Positions 12,849-25,769 of a stretch of 64,000 nucleotides of DNA are shown piece by piece; the stretch's first letter is position 1, and every line of letters begins with the position of its first letter. Position numbers and translations under genes: made by a program. Source of the DNA: Octopus vulgaris. Its lineage: Eukaryota. The stretch lies in the NCBI GenBank assembly GCA_951406725.2, contig OX597830.1, forward strand, positions 12,648,001 through 12,712,000, written 5' to 3'. Below the pieces are notes generated by a model. It did not search any database and had not been told where the DNA came from. It saw only the letters and a list, made by a program, of their open reading frames with translations.

Positions 12849-13555
12849 GAAGTTTTAAGGGAAAGCATTGTGTTACGATTTTCTTAGGGGTATGGAGTGC
12901 TTGTGGGTGCGTGTGGTTCCACAAAACACAAGTGTTTGTTTGCCCATCACCGGTTGGTGGCTTTCATGCTGAACTTAGTTGGCGGCCTTCCATTAGCCGA
13001 AATTAGCCAGTTATATGTGGTAGAATGAGAAAGAAAGAAATATATAAAAAAAAATCTAGAAAAACACAGAGAATAGAGAGCAAGAAACCTCCTCAAGTCC
13101 TTAGACGGAATGTTGTTTAATTCTACTTAATAAATAAATCGCAGTGTTGAGGAGGGAGAAAGAAAGAGAAGATATCAACAGATATGTAATTAACGATGTC
13201 AGTAGATTCATCTAAGCATTTTTTATTAGACAGTGATAGAATTACTACATATTAACATAATTAACAACTATTAACAACAAAATTTAAAACCTAATAATTT
13301 ACAATTAGCAATCACAAAATATATTAGATAAAAGATAATATTATAACACTATTGAAGAAAACAGCTGAATACAATGGGCCTGAGTTTTATTTCTATCACA
13401 GAATATGGCTCTCTTAGAGATCTTAATGAGCTGCCCAACCCCCTTAGCTGAAATTAACCGAATTGTTGTTATTATGATTATTATTCTACGTTCTGAGTTC
13501 AAATTCCGCCAAGGTCAATTTTGCCTTTGAGGGCTTCAGCCTATAGTAGAAAAGG

Positions 13556-13933
<378 letters not shown>

Positions 13934-14279
13934 GCAGCGAACTGACAGAATTATTAGCACGCTGTGAATTATTCAAATCCCAAAGAATCCCTCTCAACAC
14001 ATGGCTATGATGCTCCCCCACTACTTCTACTCGTGATCAGAGATGCACATATCGTCAGACACTAAGAGACATGGTCAACTGGTTAAGGTTAAACAACTGA
14101 CAAGCAAATCTGTGGTATTGAGCAGAATATTTGCTGTAGCCCATCTTTTAAACCAAAACAAAACAATGTACATGATAACACTTCCAATCAGTTAAGATCA
14201 TAAACTACGAGAGCCACTGCCTGGTACTGCATCAGGGCATTTATCATCATCATCATTATTATTATTATTATTATTTACT

Positions 14280-15590
14280 TTTAATCTGCATATTTGTTAC
14301 AATCACTTGTCGAGACACACCCAGCGTCCTAGAGCGAGTGCAAGATAAGAGATGTTACAGCATGACTGAAAGCTTGGGGAGGGGAAGTGGCAGGGGCAGT
14401 TGCGAAATATATTCATGTAATACAACACAGACATTTAAATTCATAGGGTTTTTCTAAGGATGTGGGCAGTACTTGTCAGCGCAATCTTTTGAATTTCTCT
14501 GAGACATGATTCACCAGAGATATTATCTAGATGTTTTTGACATCCCTTTCTTATCATACCTAGAGCACTCACAATAACAGGAACAGTTCTCGCTTTAAGA
14601 TGCCACATCTTTTGTATTTCAATTTCCAGGTCCTTATATTTATTTAATTTGTCAATTCCTTGGCAAATATATTTTTATCAGTGGGAACACTTACATCTAT
14701 TAGTTTGTAAGTATTTTTTTCTCTTTCTTTAATGACTATTTCTGGTCGGTTAGCCTGGATCGTTCAGTCGGTGTTGACGGGTAAATCTCAGAGGATAGTG
14801 ACATTTTAACCTTCAACGACTGGCTCAGGATGATGTTCATTCTAATAGACAGGAGTACAGATTTTGTTGTGTTTACATATTTTCCAATGTAAATATTGCC
14901 CTAACCTATCGTGGCGAGTTTTGTATTCGTTTAGTGTCAGCACAGGACATGCCGAAACGAGATGGTCTATTTTGTCGTCAAATATATCGCAGAATCTGCA
15001 TTTAGGGTCAGAACCGTTTTGAAGAACATTACTCTGGTAGTTTTTGGTAAACAAGCTTTGATCTTGTACTGCTAATACGAAACCTTCAGTCCTGAGCTTC
15101 TCAGCCACTGATGGGTTGTTGCATTTCGGCTTCGAATTTTATACTGTCTATGCATAGGCTTCTGACTCCACCGCTCTTCCGTTTGTTTCTGCCCGTTTTT
15201 CTTTTTCTATCCGTTTTGCTGGTTTTGGTGGCAGTGGTTTCCTGTTCTTCATCTAATTAAGGATGAATGCCAAGTTCCTTTGCGAATTGGCAAGCTTCCT
15301 TGGCAATAGAATCTGACTTTTTGCTGCTTTCATGTTTGCACACAAGCCGCGACATCCAGCCCTCTGTACTAGATAAGAACTTGTTCATTGCTGTTGTGGA
15401 GGTCCTATAGTACAGTGCTATTTGCATCATTCCTCTTCCTCCATTACTTCTATGTAGGTACAGACGATAGACGTCTGTTTTGGGGTTCTTAGATGTTAGT
15501 AGTTTTCTTGTTTTCCTGTCCAGGCGTTGGAGCTCTGTGAGATTCCACTTAATGATGTTAAAATTGTATTGGGTTACTGGAAATGCCATT
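14280..15590 (-). mobile_element. R4/Dong-clade LINE, 5'-truncated, including zinc knuckle, RLE endonuclease and 3' end
   Basis: IKWNLTELQRLDRKTRKLLT..RLYLHRSNGGRG; TEGFVLAVQDQSLFTKNY; CRFC..KIDHLVSAC..EYKTRHDRLGQYLHW; flanked on both sides by ATT/ATC repeats. Confidence 0.88.
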
Positions 15591-15649
15591 ATTATTATCA
15601 TCATCGTCGTCGTTATTATTATCATCATTATTATTGTTATTACTATTCA

Positions 15650-16090
15650 AGGCGGTGAGCAGGCAGAATCGTTAGCGTGCAGGACGAAATGCCCAACGCT
15701 ACACACTGGGTTAAATTCCGCTGGAGTCGACTTTTCCTTTCATCCTTTCGGGGTCGATAAAATATATTTCTTTATTACCTACAAGGGGCTAAACATAGAG
15801 GGGACAAACAAAGACAGACAAAGGTATTAAGTCGATTACATCGACCCCGGTGCGTAACTGGTACTTAAGTTATCGACCCCGAAAGGATGAAAGGCAAAGT
15901 CGAACTCGGCGGAATTTGAACTCAGAACGTAACGATAGACGAAATTTCGTCCGGCGCTGTAACGTTTCTGCCAGCTCGCCGCTTTAAGGGGGGTCGATAA
16001 AATAAGTACCAGTTGAACGCTTGGGTCGATGTAATTGATTCGTCCCCTCTCCCAAAATTGCTACTCTCGTGGCAGAAGTTGAAGCCATTA
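15650..16090 (+). mobile_element. SINE family A (host copy) interrupted by an antisense family-A/Tx1-tail copy
   Basis: Head ggcggtgagcaggcagaatcgttagc; the copy resumes at 15990. Confidence 0.85.
15765..15989 (-). mobile_element. SINE family A subfamily with Tx1-like 3' tail, nested insertion
   Basis: 15-bp TSD GGGGTCGATAAAATA at 15750-15764 and 15990-16004; tail ...atgtttagccccttgtaggtaataaagaaata. Confidence 0.88.
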
Positions 16091-16096
16091 GTATTT

Positions 16097-16717
16097 TTAT
16101 TACCTCCACCTTAGTGAAGGCGGAGGTATTGTTTTCAGTCGTGTTTTTTTTGCTTGTTTGTTTGTTTGATGGATTGTATATCCGTAGACAAGAATCGCTG
16201 GATGGATTCGGATGAAACTTTCAGGTCTGTGTGGCCTCATGAATGGCACAAACTGATTAGATTTTGGGATCGATCCGATACTAGACAAGGATTCTGGATT
16301 ATTTATTATACTTACTTTACATGAATACGATCTTACGTTAACTTTCAAGTCTTTCTCAATTATTTCCCTTTAGGCTGTAACTATTTTGAATGGTGAATTT
16401 GTTAACTTTGAGTTCTATTAGATAAGGATAAACTATTTATTACTGTTACAAAATTTTCTACAACCACCTTCAAGTGCCATGACTACCATTGGGATCGATC
16501 ATGTACCGGTCGATCAGGACAATGGCTCTGGATTCTTTTTCCGTTTTTTTTTTTACTTACTTTATGAGAGCGGTTGGGTTCGCCTTTAGTATTCTCGTTT
16601 GTGCGAGCAGTCGAGTTTATTTCAGATATTCTCGTTTTAAAACCCATCTCCGGCTAATTGTTGAGAGGACGTTGGTGTTGCCTTGGCAGAGGTTTGCACT
16701 CTCTGAGTGCTCTTGTT
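16097..16717 (+). mobile_element. Helentron-associated non-autonomous element (HINE/DINE-1-like)
   Basis: 5' subterminal ACCTCCACC with nearby inverted GGCGGAGGT, a (TGTT)n tract, 3' subterminal TTGGCAGAGGT and terminal hairpin GCACTC-TCT-GAGTGC, in T-rich flanks. Confidence 0.7.
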
Positions 16718-16823
16718 GTTATTGTTATTATTATTCCTTCGTAACACAGTGTAGGTTAAAATGCACCGGAGACTTTAGTCATCTTTCAAGTTACAACAAG
16801 AACCTCAGACAGATAATACTTTC

Positions 16824-16890
<67 letters not shown>

Positions 16891-16941
16891 ATCATCATCA
16901 TCATCATCATTATTATTATTATTATCATTATTATTATTATT
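16824..16941. repeat. (ATT)n/(ATC)n microsatellite
   Basis: Direct tandem runs. Confidence 0.95.
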
Positions 16942-16944
16942 AAA

Positions 16945-17300
16945 GTAAGTCGGCAAACTGGCAGAACCGTTACTGCGCCTGGCAGAATGCTTAGCGGCAA
17001 TCCTTTCACTCTTACGTTCTGAGTTCAATTTCTGCCGAGGTCGACTTTGCCTTTCATACTTTCGGAGTCGGTAAAATAAGCACCAGTTGAGCAGTGGGTT
17101 TAATCCAAGTGAATTACCTTCCCCCAAAATTACTGGCTTGGTGCCAAAATTTGAAATTAATGTTACTATTTTTGAAGTAAAGCGGCCAGCTGGCAGAATT
17201 GTCAGCACGCTGGGCAAAATGCTTAGCGGCACTTCATCCGTCTTTACGTTCAGAGATCAAATTCCACTGTGATAGACTTTACCTTTCATCATTTCGGAGT
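16945..17300 (+). mobile_element. Two tandem SINE family A copies; the second is truncated by the Tx1-like LINE
   Basis: Matches consensus at 16945-17160 and 17180-17300. Confidence 0.85.
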
Positions 17301-17301
17301 C

Positions 17302-18145
17302 GGAGGTGTGGTCGCCGTTTATCAGACGGAATTTTCTGCTGCTCGTCTCATTGACGTAGCTACCGTCCCTGAACAAACGGAGACCAAGAAATAGCGCTTG
17401 GCACTTGGAATGTCAGCAAGCGATAACAGGCCTTTGCCAGTTGGGCAATGCAGTCGGTGGAAGTTCAACATTGGAGTTCTATGGGGGATTAGTGGCGGGC
17501 AAGAGTCTCCAGGGCGTTGAAGGAGATCAGTTAGCTGGTCTTTTTCGGAGGACTTTCGGATCGGGACCTATGGATAATTGTCAGAAACCCCTGACCTGAC
17601 AGTGCTACTGAGGGTCTCTGTAAGTTCGAGACAAGTTCTACAGGCACGGAAGTGCAGTCAGACGGGTCTTTTCGAAATGCGTACAGAGTGATGAAACGAG
17701 AGTGAAAGGACTGAAAACAGATACTTTTCTCTTCTGCCAAGCCTTAATCGACTTTTTCAAGTTCCACTTGAACAGGAAAGTGAGGGCGGAGAGTGAAACA
17801 CCGCTCCATCCCCGAGTATTTCTGTTGAAAAGTGGGTGTGTGTAGCTAAGATAACCCATGTGGATGAGCCTACTCCGAACATGCGCCTGTAAACCGGAAG
17901 ATGGTAAGAGAAGAGAGCGACTGCCTGGGATGAACTTTGGCGATCGGGATGACCAGGATGTGTGGGGTTCCTTGACAGCCCCAGGGTGGAACCTTTTTCC
18001 TTTTGGGGAATTTTATTGTTAAATTTTTGTTCTGCATTGTTATTGTTTTATTTTATACAGGAATAATGTACTACCCCCACCTGTCCCTTGTGGTGTATTG
18101 TCCATAGTAGTTTTGTGTTTAGCCCTTGTGGCCAATAAAGAAAAG
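17302..18145 (+). mobile_element. Tx1/L1-type LINE 3' fragment (ORF2 C-terminus plus 3' UTR)
   Basis: GC-richer block; broken frame ..LAGLFRRTFGSGPMDNCQKPLT*QCY*GSL*VRDKFYRHG..SKC resembles the zf-RVT region (L.VRDKL.RHG..C) of L1/Tx1 ORF2; ends in AATAAAGAAA. Confidence 0.65.
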
Positions 18146-18169
18146 ATTTATTATTGTGGTTGCTGTTGT

Positions 18170-19530
18170 TGTTATTGATTTGACTCAGGTTCGTTCTTAT
18201 TCCTGATATAATTTATGTGAGAAGCAGATTACTACCTGTAACTTCAGGTATCCACAAGCTTTCAAAAGTCTTTAAAGAGCTTAAGACCCTCCTGATAATC
18301 TTTCCTGCCCCTAAAAGGAATACTTTCTGTAGAAGCTCTACGGGTCACTCTATTCCAATGTCCTTCAACCATTTGTCTATATCTTTGCTTATAGTTCCCA
18401 ATACACCAATCATTAGAGGCACAACCTTTACAGTTTTCATATTCCAAATTCCTGAAATTTCACATTTTAAAGGGTTATATTATTTTTGTTTCTCGTCCAC
18501 TTTCCTTACAGTCTTGGAATCAAACGGACATGATGGGCCAATCAGAAACCAGCTCTTCGTTTTACCTTATCTATTATTGTTATGTCTGGCCTATTATTTT
18601 CTAGCTTCTTATCCACTTGAATAGGAAAATCCTATAAAATTTTGCATTTCTCCACTTGAGCACTTTTCTGGCCCGATGATCGTACAATGTACCTCCAGCT
18701 TCGTATCGTCATTTCTGACAAAGTTTCCAGGATAAAACCTTCACAACTTGGTCATGTCTCCATTTCTTATATTCTCTCTGTGCCAACTTGGGACATTCTG
18801 CAACAATGTGTGCTACTATCTCATTCCAAGTTCTACAGACTCTACATTTTTCTGACACCTTCTTCCCATACACATATTTTCTGGGGTTGTTTCTTTTTAT
18901 CGCTTGGTCTTGAGCTGCTATAATTAAGCTCCCTATTTCTTTTTCTAATTGCTCTTTTAAAACCAAGTCTAAGATTTTGTTCCACAAAAATCCTCAGCAG
19001 CTTTCAAAAGCTGATCATGCAAGGGTCTCTCTTCAATCTATTTAACATGCTCTCTTTGAATTTCATTCTTCTCCTTTTTTCCTATTCCACTCTTGCTCCT
19101 TATTCACAGTCTACAGTAATTTCTCTCTGCTGTTCTGTAAATATTCTAGTTGGCATTTTTCCATCTGTACACACTCTTCCACAGCAATTAAGCCTCTTCC
19201 ATCCTCGTCTCCCTTCATGTACATCTAGTTGATATGAGCTTTTGAATGGTAAGCTCTATGCATTGTCAACAGCTTTCTAGTTTTTCTGCCAAGTTTCTGT
19301 AAGTCGTTTTTGTCCAGTCAACAATTTCCGTCCCATATCTGATTAGGGGACTGCTCTTGTATTTATTGGTTCAACATTTTTTTTGTATTCCCTACGGGTA
19401 ATTTGCTTTACCTCTTCAAGTTTTATTTCATCTGCCTCCAGGATCCCCATGCACTTATACTACTGTCCTTTCACAACCGTTTTCATTGTTTTCCCTTTCG
19501 GCATTTCAGTTCTTTGGCTTCCTTCAACTC
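18170..19530 (-). mobile_element. R4/Dong-clade LINE fragment
   Basis: SLIIAAQDQAI..KCRVC...VAHIVAECPKLAQREYKKWRHDQV; RLE C-terminus VKVVPLMIGVLGTI...LLQKVFLLGAGKIIRRVL. Confidence 0.87.
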
Positions 19531-19659
19531 TTCCTCATTTCATTATTATTACAAATATATTATATAAGTATATAAAATGAATACCTTTTGAAGACTGGGG
19601 GTTGATGTGTCCCTCCCCAAAAATTATACAATACAGTAGAAAGAATTTTCTTTTCCTGC

Positions 19660-19816
19660 TCTTAACGTTCTAAGTTCAAATCCACTTTTTTCAGCCTTAG
19701 TTTTTCATTCTTTCGGGATCGATAAGATAAGTAGCAGTTGAGCACTGAGGTCGATGTAATCGACTTGGCCCCTCCTCTAAAGTGGTTTACCTGGTGCCAA
19801 AATTTGAAACCATTAT
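19660..19816 (+). mobile_element. SINE family A partial copy (part of a segment duplicated at 42230-42478)
   Basis: Matches consensus and shares private mutations with the 42325-42478 copy. Confidence 0.85.
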
Positions 19817-19837
19817 AATTTTTTTTTTTTTTAAATT

Positions 19838-20640
19838 TCTTTCTTCAGAGCTTCAGCATTTCTCCATTTTCGACATTTCTGCTATCTCCAGCGGAAGCGA
19901 TCTCTACGACCAGGCACGATTTTTCTCCTTTGTCTACCAATACAATATCAGATTCCCGATGTTCGATTTCATGATCACATTCTATTATGAAATCCAAACA
20001 TATCTTCGAGCTGTCATTTTTTTACCACAGCCTTTGATTCGTGTGAAATATCAATTTCTTGCCTTTTCCAATCTAAACTTATATAGTTCCCAGTGAACGA
20101 CTATGGTGACATTATCATGCCTTCTTTTCTTTTTGGGGATCTTTTCGGTTTGAACGACAGTTTTTTTCTAGCGGTGTCATATGAAACTGTCACCCATAAT
20201 TATGACCCTAGTATCGATCTATTGCATTTCAATCTGTTTTAGGGTTAGTTAGGATTAGAGGTGGGGGAAGGGTATCTTTTTTTTCACAAATGTAAATAAA
20301 CCCAATCTGTTTCTTAAACGAGGGACATTTTCATACGGCACAGAATGTTTTCACCTCAATAGACGTCATTGATTGGTTAAAATTGCAGAAATTGAAGAAG
20401 AAAAAAACAAAAATATCTTACAAACTATAGAATTTTCTCAATAAAGCCAAGAGAAAAAGATGTTTTATAAACACATTCTACCAGTATACGAATATTAAAA
20501 GTGTTTAGTTACGTGGAAATTATTTTAAAAAACTGCCGTTCAAACCGAAGAGATCCCTTTTTTTATATATACGCTAGTTTGCTGCATTCGCTTAAAATAT
20601 GCCACACTATCTCTCCAGTTTCACCACACATTTTGTATCC
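19838..20640 (-). mobile_element. R4/Dong-clade LINE fragment split by a MITE
   Basis: MCGETGEIVWHILSECSKLA (20570-20640) continues across the MITE into RRHDNVTIVVHWEL...DFIIECDHEIEHRESDIVLVDK. Confidence 0.8.
20137..20556. mobile_element. MITE (same family as 12404-12848)
   Basis: TIR GGATCTTTTCGGTTTGAAC / GTTCAAACCGAAGAGATCC; degenerate 8-bp TSD CTTTTTGG/CTTTTTTT. Confidence 0.9.
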
Positions 20641-20864
20641 TGTTTGTATTCATATTTTGAATCCTGTAGGACCTAATCCAAACTGTAGGCCTGAAGTACT
20701 TAAGGGACTATTTCATTTGATTCATAGTATACTCCGTAATATGTGAGGTCCTCCATGTAATGCGATGTTCTGGTTTGCATAAATATTGTGATTTCCCAGA
20801 AAACGTTTGATGAACTTCTTCGTTCCTTTGCATGGGTTTGCCTGTGGATGTATTCGATCTTTTC

Positions 20865-21285
20865 TACTTTACTCTTTTACTTGTTTCAGTCATTTGACTG
20901 CGGCCATGCTAGAGCACCGCCTTTAGTCGAGCAAATTGACCCCGGGACTTATTCTTTGTAAGCCCAGTACTTATTCTATCGGTCTCTTTCACCGAACCGC
21001 TAAGTTACGGGGACGTAAACACACCAGCATCGGTTGTCAAGCAATGCTAGGGGGACAAACACAGACACACAAACATATACACACACACACACACTTATAT
21101 ATATATATATATACATATATACGACAGGCTTCTTTCAGTTTCCGTCTACCAAATCCACTCACAAGGCATTGGTCGGCCCGGGGCTATAGCAGAAGACACT
21201 TGCCCAAGATGCCACGCAGTGGGACTGAACCCGGAACGATGTGGTTGGTTAGCAAGCTACTTACCACACAGCCACTCCTGTGCCT
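20865..21285 (-). mobile_element. SINE family B (tRNA-derived, CORE-like domain, internal TA/TG microsatellite, GTAAAAGA tail), full length
   Basis: Head GGCACAGGAGTGGCTGTGTGGTAAG (A box) and GGTTCAGTCCC (B box-like); CORE-like atcttgggcaagtgtctt; many copies in the window. Confidence 0.9.
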
Positions 21286-21959
21286 ATCAAAGCATTCAGA
21301 AACATTCTGGTCAAAAGGTTCTTCATATTTTTCATAGATCCAGTATTATGGATCTCTTCCTGAAGACAAGATCTTGTTGCAAATCTCTGATCTTGTGCAC
21401 CGATTACCGTCCTTGCTTTTACTCGAGAACTATTCATTTGTGTGTCTTCACTTAATCCATATCTTCATCCCGCAACCATTTTACGTACTTCTTGTTCCTT
21501 ATCCGGCCTCCCCACCATGTTTTATGTAACTGAAACATTGCGCTACAATCGTCTGGTGTAAACAGTTGTCACCGCTTTTTTTCAATTTGTGGGGTTTCCG
21601 AGATATGAAACTACTGAAATATCATGCATATTTCTTGAAGGAGTATATACGATGTTTTACAATACCGAGGAATGGGTTTTCTGTTTTTGTCAGGTGTGCA
21701 TCCAACTTTATAATGGTAATTTTGAAGGTCAGTTCGAGTTGAACTTATCCAAGTCCTCCTAAAACTGTTTTAGTTAATAACATTGACATTTTCACATCAC
21801 TACATGTTTTTCTAGGATGTTAATAGTTTTTAATCTGTTAGACGCATTCACTTTACTTTCCAGTACCGCTTCTTTAGTACTCTCTTGATCGCACTTTTAG
21901 TATTCACTTTCTTGATCGACACCTTCATTGCTGAGCGTTGTATGCGTCTCTGAGTGTTG

Positions 21960-22110
21960 ATTACATACATACATACATACATGCATACATACATACATGC
22001 ATACATGCATACATACATACATACATACGTCCATCCGTCCGTCCATCCATCCATCCATCCATACATACATACATACATACATACATACATACATACATAC
22101 ATACATACAA
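21960..22110. repeat. (CATA)n/(CATC)n microsatellite
   Basis: Direct tandem runs. Confidence 0.95.
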
Positions 22111-22439
22111 GTATATGGATTTATACACAGCCCTACAGAAGTACTAACATACCTAGCCAAACGAACAGGTCTTTATATCTCTCCATATAGCATTAAGGTG
22201 AGTGACTGAAGAGCCAGTTTCGTGCTATCCACTTATTTATGTTTTGCTAATTTACGTGCTTCTATACTATTTTCTTCTTGCTCATGGATAAATTATTGCT
22301 GTCTAGTTATTTGCATTCTGGTTATCAATTTACTCGGAATTATTACGAAAGAATCTGAAAGATTTGAAAAATATGTTTACCTTAGGATATTACGCTTTCA
22401 CTTCTCCGACTAAGTAATCTATTATCTACTAAGAATATT

Positions 22440-23530
22440 CCGAGACCATCCATTATGCCAAGCCTAGAATCTTTTTTTTTAATTCTAATGTATGCAGGAA
22501 CTGTTGCGATGGTACTCTATGGCATTTTAGGACTAGTACCTTTAGATTTTAAACCTTATGTACAGGCATCTAGCGAAGTCGTACTAAATGTATGTCTATG
22601 CATAGTAAAGTGACATTTAAATATACTTGACGAAGAACCGGTGTAATATCTATTGTCAGCTAGCGTTACGACATTGCATTTACATACTACATTGTGTAAT
22701 AAGCACTTATCTTCGAAGGAATGGTTAATGGTTATTCACAGTTACATGTGTGCGGATTCTTGGCTTAAAATTCCACAGGTTTTAGAGTTGTAGAATTCCT
22801 CTTACTGTTAATTAAATTATTTCGTTCCTCTGCTTTAGTGCTTTCACTGTTACTTTTGGAGTGTATATAATTTTCGTGTTAGAGTACATAGAATAATTCA
22901 CAATTCCTGGTGATTTGAAATATGAGATTTTTCAATATGGAAAGGTATAGGTTTATCTCTCTTAGTAGAGTGATTTTGCTACAAAGGTTCAAATTAGCGG
23001 TTTCTGTGTTTACAAAAGAACTAGATTTATGTTCCATGATAGGATTATTAAATTAATTATTATTACCTCGATATTATCATCTCTAATTAAATTACTAAAT
23101 ATAGAATGTTCTAACGTTAGATGAGCATGGAGATTTCTATCTAGTATATGATTTGCAGTATTATGTATAAAAGAAAGAGTGAAAGGGAAAAATGAGAGAT
23201 ATTGTTTCACGGTCAGTAGAGGGATTTTGTTTGGGGTGTTTGTTAATTATATGAGAAGCCTTTATCTGTAAAGTTTGGTGTTATAGATAAGGAGAACCTT
23301 ATCATGCATCGATTGATGATGCTACATCGTTTTCAGTCAGAAAGTCTTGTTTGTAATTCTAAAGAAGTAGCCACATCTTTTGTGTAAAGAGCGTTATACC
23401 AAGTTGCATCTTTTTTTTTCTGGGTTTTCTTAGCATTAGTTATATCCAAAGATATTTGATTCACAGAAATGATCTTTTTATGGATTTAGATGAGACTGTG
23501 TTTTTTAGAAGAGGTTTATAAATTAAATTC
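22440..23530 (-). mobile_element. Penelope-like element remnant
   Basis: Minus strand FEDKCLLHNVVCKCNVVTLADNRYYTGSSSSIFKCHF is GIY-YIG-like; upstream FFPFTLS..ILDRNLH is linker-like. Confidence 0.65.
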
Positions 23531-23614
23531 ATCGTCTATTTTAGATGTATGTATGTATGTGTGTATGTATGTATGTATGTATGTGTGTAGAAATAATCAG
23601 ACTGAATAACCATT

Positions 23615-23897
23615 GGGAGTGAAGGACTCCCAGCCTTTGTTAAGGCATCCTTCTAGGAGAAGGTAACTCGGGTAACTGGGATAACTCCGACATAAAACCT
23701 GCGGCTCAGTGGTTACCGATGATGTTGACTTGTTCTTCTTTTCGGATTATGGCTGCTGTTGCTTAGTGCGTGGGATTGACTCAGTGCACAGCCTTTCCTC
23801 ACTTTAAAAAAATCTTCTTGCACAGGCATTGCACGATAACATTGATTAAGCTTCGCGCAATGGCCATACTCGATAACGAGGGGACAGCCACCACCAT
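23615..23897 (+). mobile_element. Non-autonomous RTE-related short element
   Basis: Second copy at 36422-36598 on the minus strand; carries ctaggagaaggtaactc (RTE 5'UTR-like, also near 6090) and an RTE-like tail atggccatactcgataacgaggggacagcc. Confidence 0.6.
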
Positions 23898-24276
23898 GTA
23901 TGTATGTATATATCTATGTATGTATGTATGTGTGCTTATATATATGACTATATTCGGGATTTAAGATATTCAAGTTCAGTATTTAGCAGCAACACAAAGT
24001 ATTACGACGAGGCACTGAAAATAGTCTTTCAAATATATAACACGCCCACATGCCCACACACACACATATATTATCTCCATGAAATATATATGCAGTTGTC
24101 CATTACAATATAATATGAATACAACTTACCGCGCTTAAAAACCGACAAGTAAACCACAATAAATACTTATAGTAACCTAGTCTTTCGATTCTTACCGTAC
24201 CAAAACACATGGTTCAACACTTCTGAATAGAAATCAAATAACATATACAACAGTCCATCCGCATAAAAGAATAAAA

Positions 24277-24336
<60 letters not shown>

Positions 24337-25019
24337 ATTATATCTACATAAAAGATGGTTCTCCCTTATTCCTATTTCGTGAGGAGGGACTGATATCATC
24401 CGACATTATCTAACTATCATTGGATGTTTGAATCGTGAACCGTAACATCTTCCTGTTATTAGGCGGTAGTGGTGGTCAAATCCCTGCACGTCATCTCCCC
24501 TTCACTTTCACTTCAATTTCTCTCTCTTGAACCATCACCACCAAGAGGTTGTTTCTACTGCATCCATCACCCTTCACACAGCTGCCTATATTTCTCTTCC
24601 TGTTATTCTTCTGGCAGTAAGCATTCTCCAAACTAACTGAGCATACCACGAACTCCGACCGACAGTAACCATGTCAGACATACCTTCCCTCCATTCATTG
24701 ACTTGGTCGCACCCTTTTTCCCCCAGGACAATAACCTCATCTAGGTTTATCACTTTTGCATTCTCAAATCACAAATCTACATCTTGTCACATGGTTGTCT
24801 GTACGATCTGAGGAAGCAGCCCCTCTTCTCCAGATCTTTTTTCATATCTCATGACTGCACCACAGGTAGTATACTGCTTGTTCTTCTCCTGTAGCTAAGG
24901 GATCTTTTTCCGTCCCTCTAATTTTTGTTCTGTAGGGGTCTTGACCTAGCTGTTACCATTCTTTGGTTTCACTTAGCTTAGGCCACTTGATTCAATCTCT
25001 CATAAGAAGAATACAGAGG

Positions 25020-25067
<48 letters not shown>

Positions 25068-25121
25068 TTTAAAGGTATTTTTTAATATGCTGGCCATACA
25101 TACACACATGCATGCATGCAT

Positions 25122-25156
<35 letters not shown>

Positions 25157-25184
25157 TACATACATACATACATACATACATACA

Positions 25185-25215
<31 letters not shown>

Positions 25216-25218
25216 TTT

Positions 25219-25765
25219 ATGTAAACAGCAGGTTGCAATGTTACACCAATAACGAGAATTATAATTGTCACTAAATGTGACTAGGGTGTTAAACAACACC
25301 TACGTTGCTAGAAATAAGAGCTAAATGCTCTAATTAACGCACATGAATGAAAACATATACGCTAACAGGGACCATAATTGTTCGAAAAATTCTGGCTGAG
25401 AATTCTTAAGACTGACGCGTCAGTTTCGGCAATTTCCATTGCCATCATTATTTAAGCTAGTTCGGCGTTTGGCCATTTCGGGAGCTGTTTCTATATTAGC
25501 ATATATGTTTTCATTATCCAAGTCAATGAATGTTTTAGCGATTCGCTAATGTGAATGCACAAAATTAATGTAAACAGCAGGTTGCAATATTTCACCAAAA
25601 AGAAGAGTTATAATTGTCCCTAAATGTGACTAGTGTGTTAAAAAACACTTACGTTGCTGGAAATAAGAGCTAAAATGCTCTAATGCTGTAGTTAACGGAC
25701 ATGAGCATTTTAACTCTTATTTCTAACAATATAGGTTATTTTCTACACCCTAATCACATTTAGTG
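25219..25765. repeat. ~350-bp-period direct repeat with terminal foldback, enclosing the hammerhead
   Basis: 25219-25345 repeats at 25568-25703; 25703-25765 is the reverse complement of 25620-25680. Confidence 0.85.
25405..25456 (-). ncRNA. Type I hammerhead ribozyme fold with degenerate CUGAUGA box
   Basis: Minus strand CTTAA-ATAATGA-T-GGCAAT-GGAA-ATTGCC-GAA-ACTGACGCGTCAGT-C-TTAAG: stem I 5 bp, stem II 6 bp with GNRA loop, palindromic stem III, GUC triplet. Confidence 0.65.
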
Positions 25766-25769
25766 TATA

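Noticed and set aside
24430-25010. Pyrimidine-rich block, possibly an antisense LINE RT
   Set aside because: Too decayed to recover a diagnostic motif by eye.
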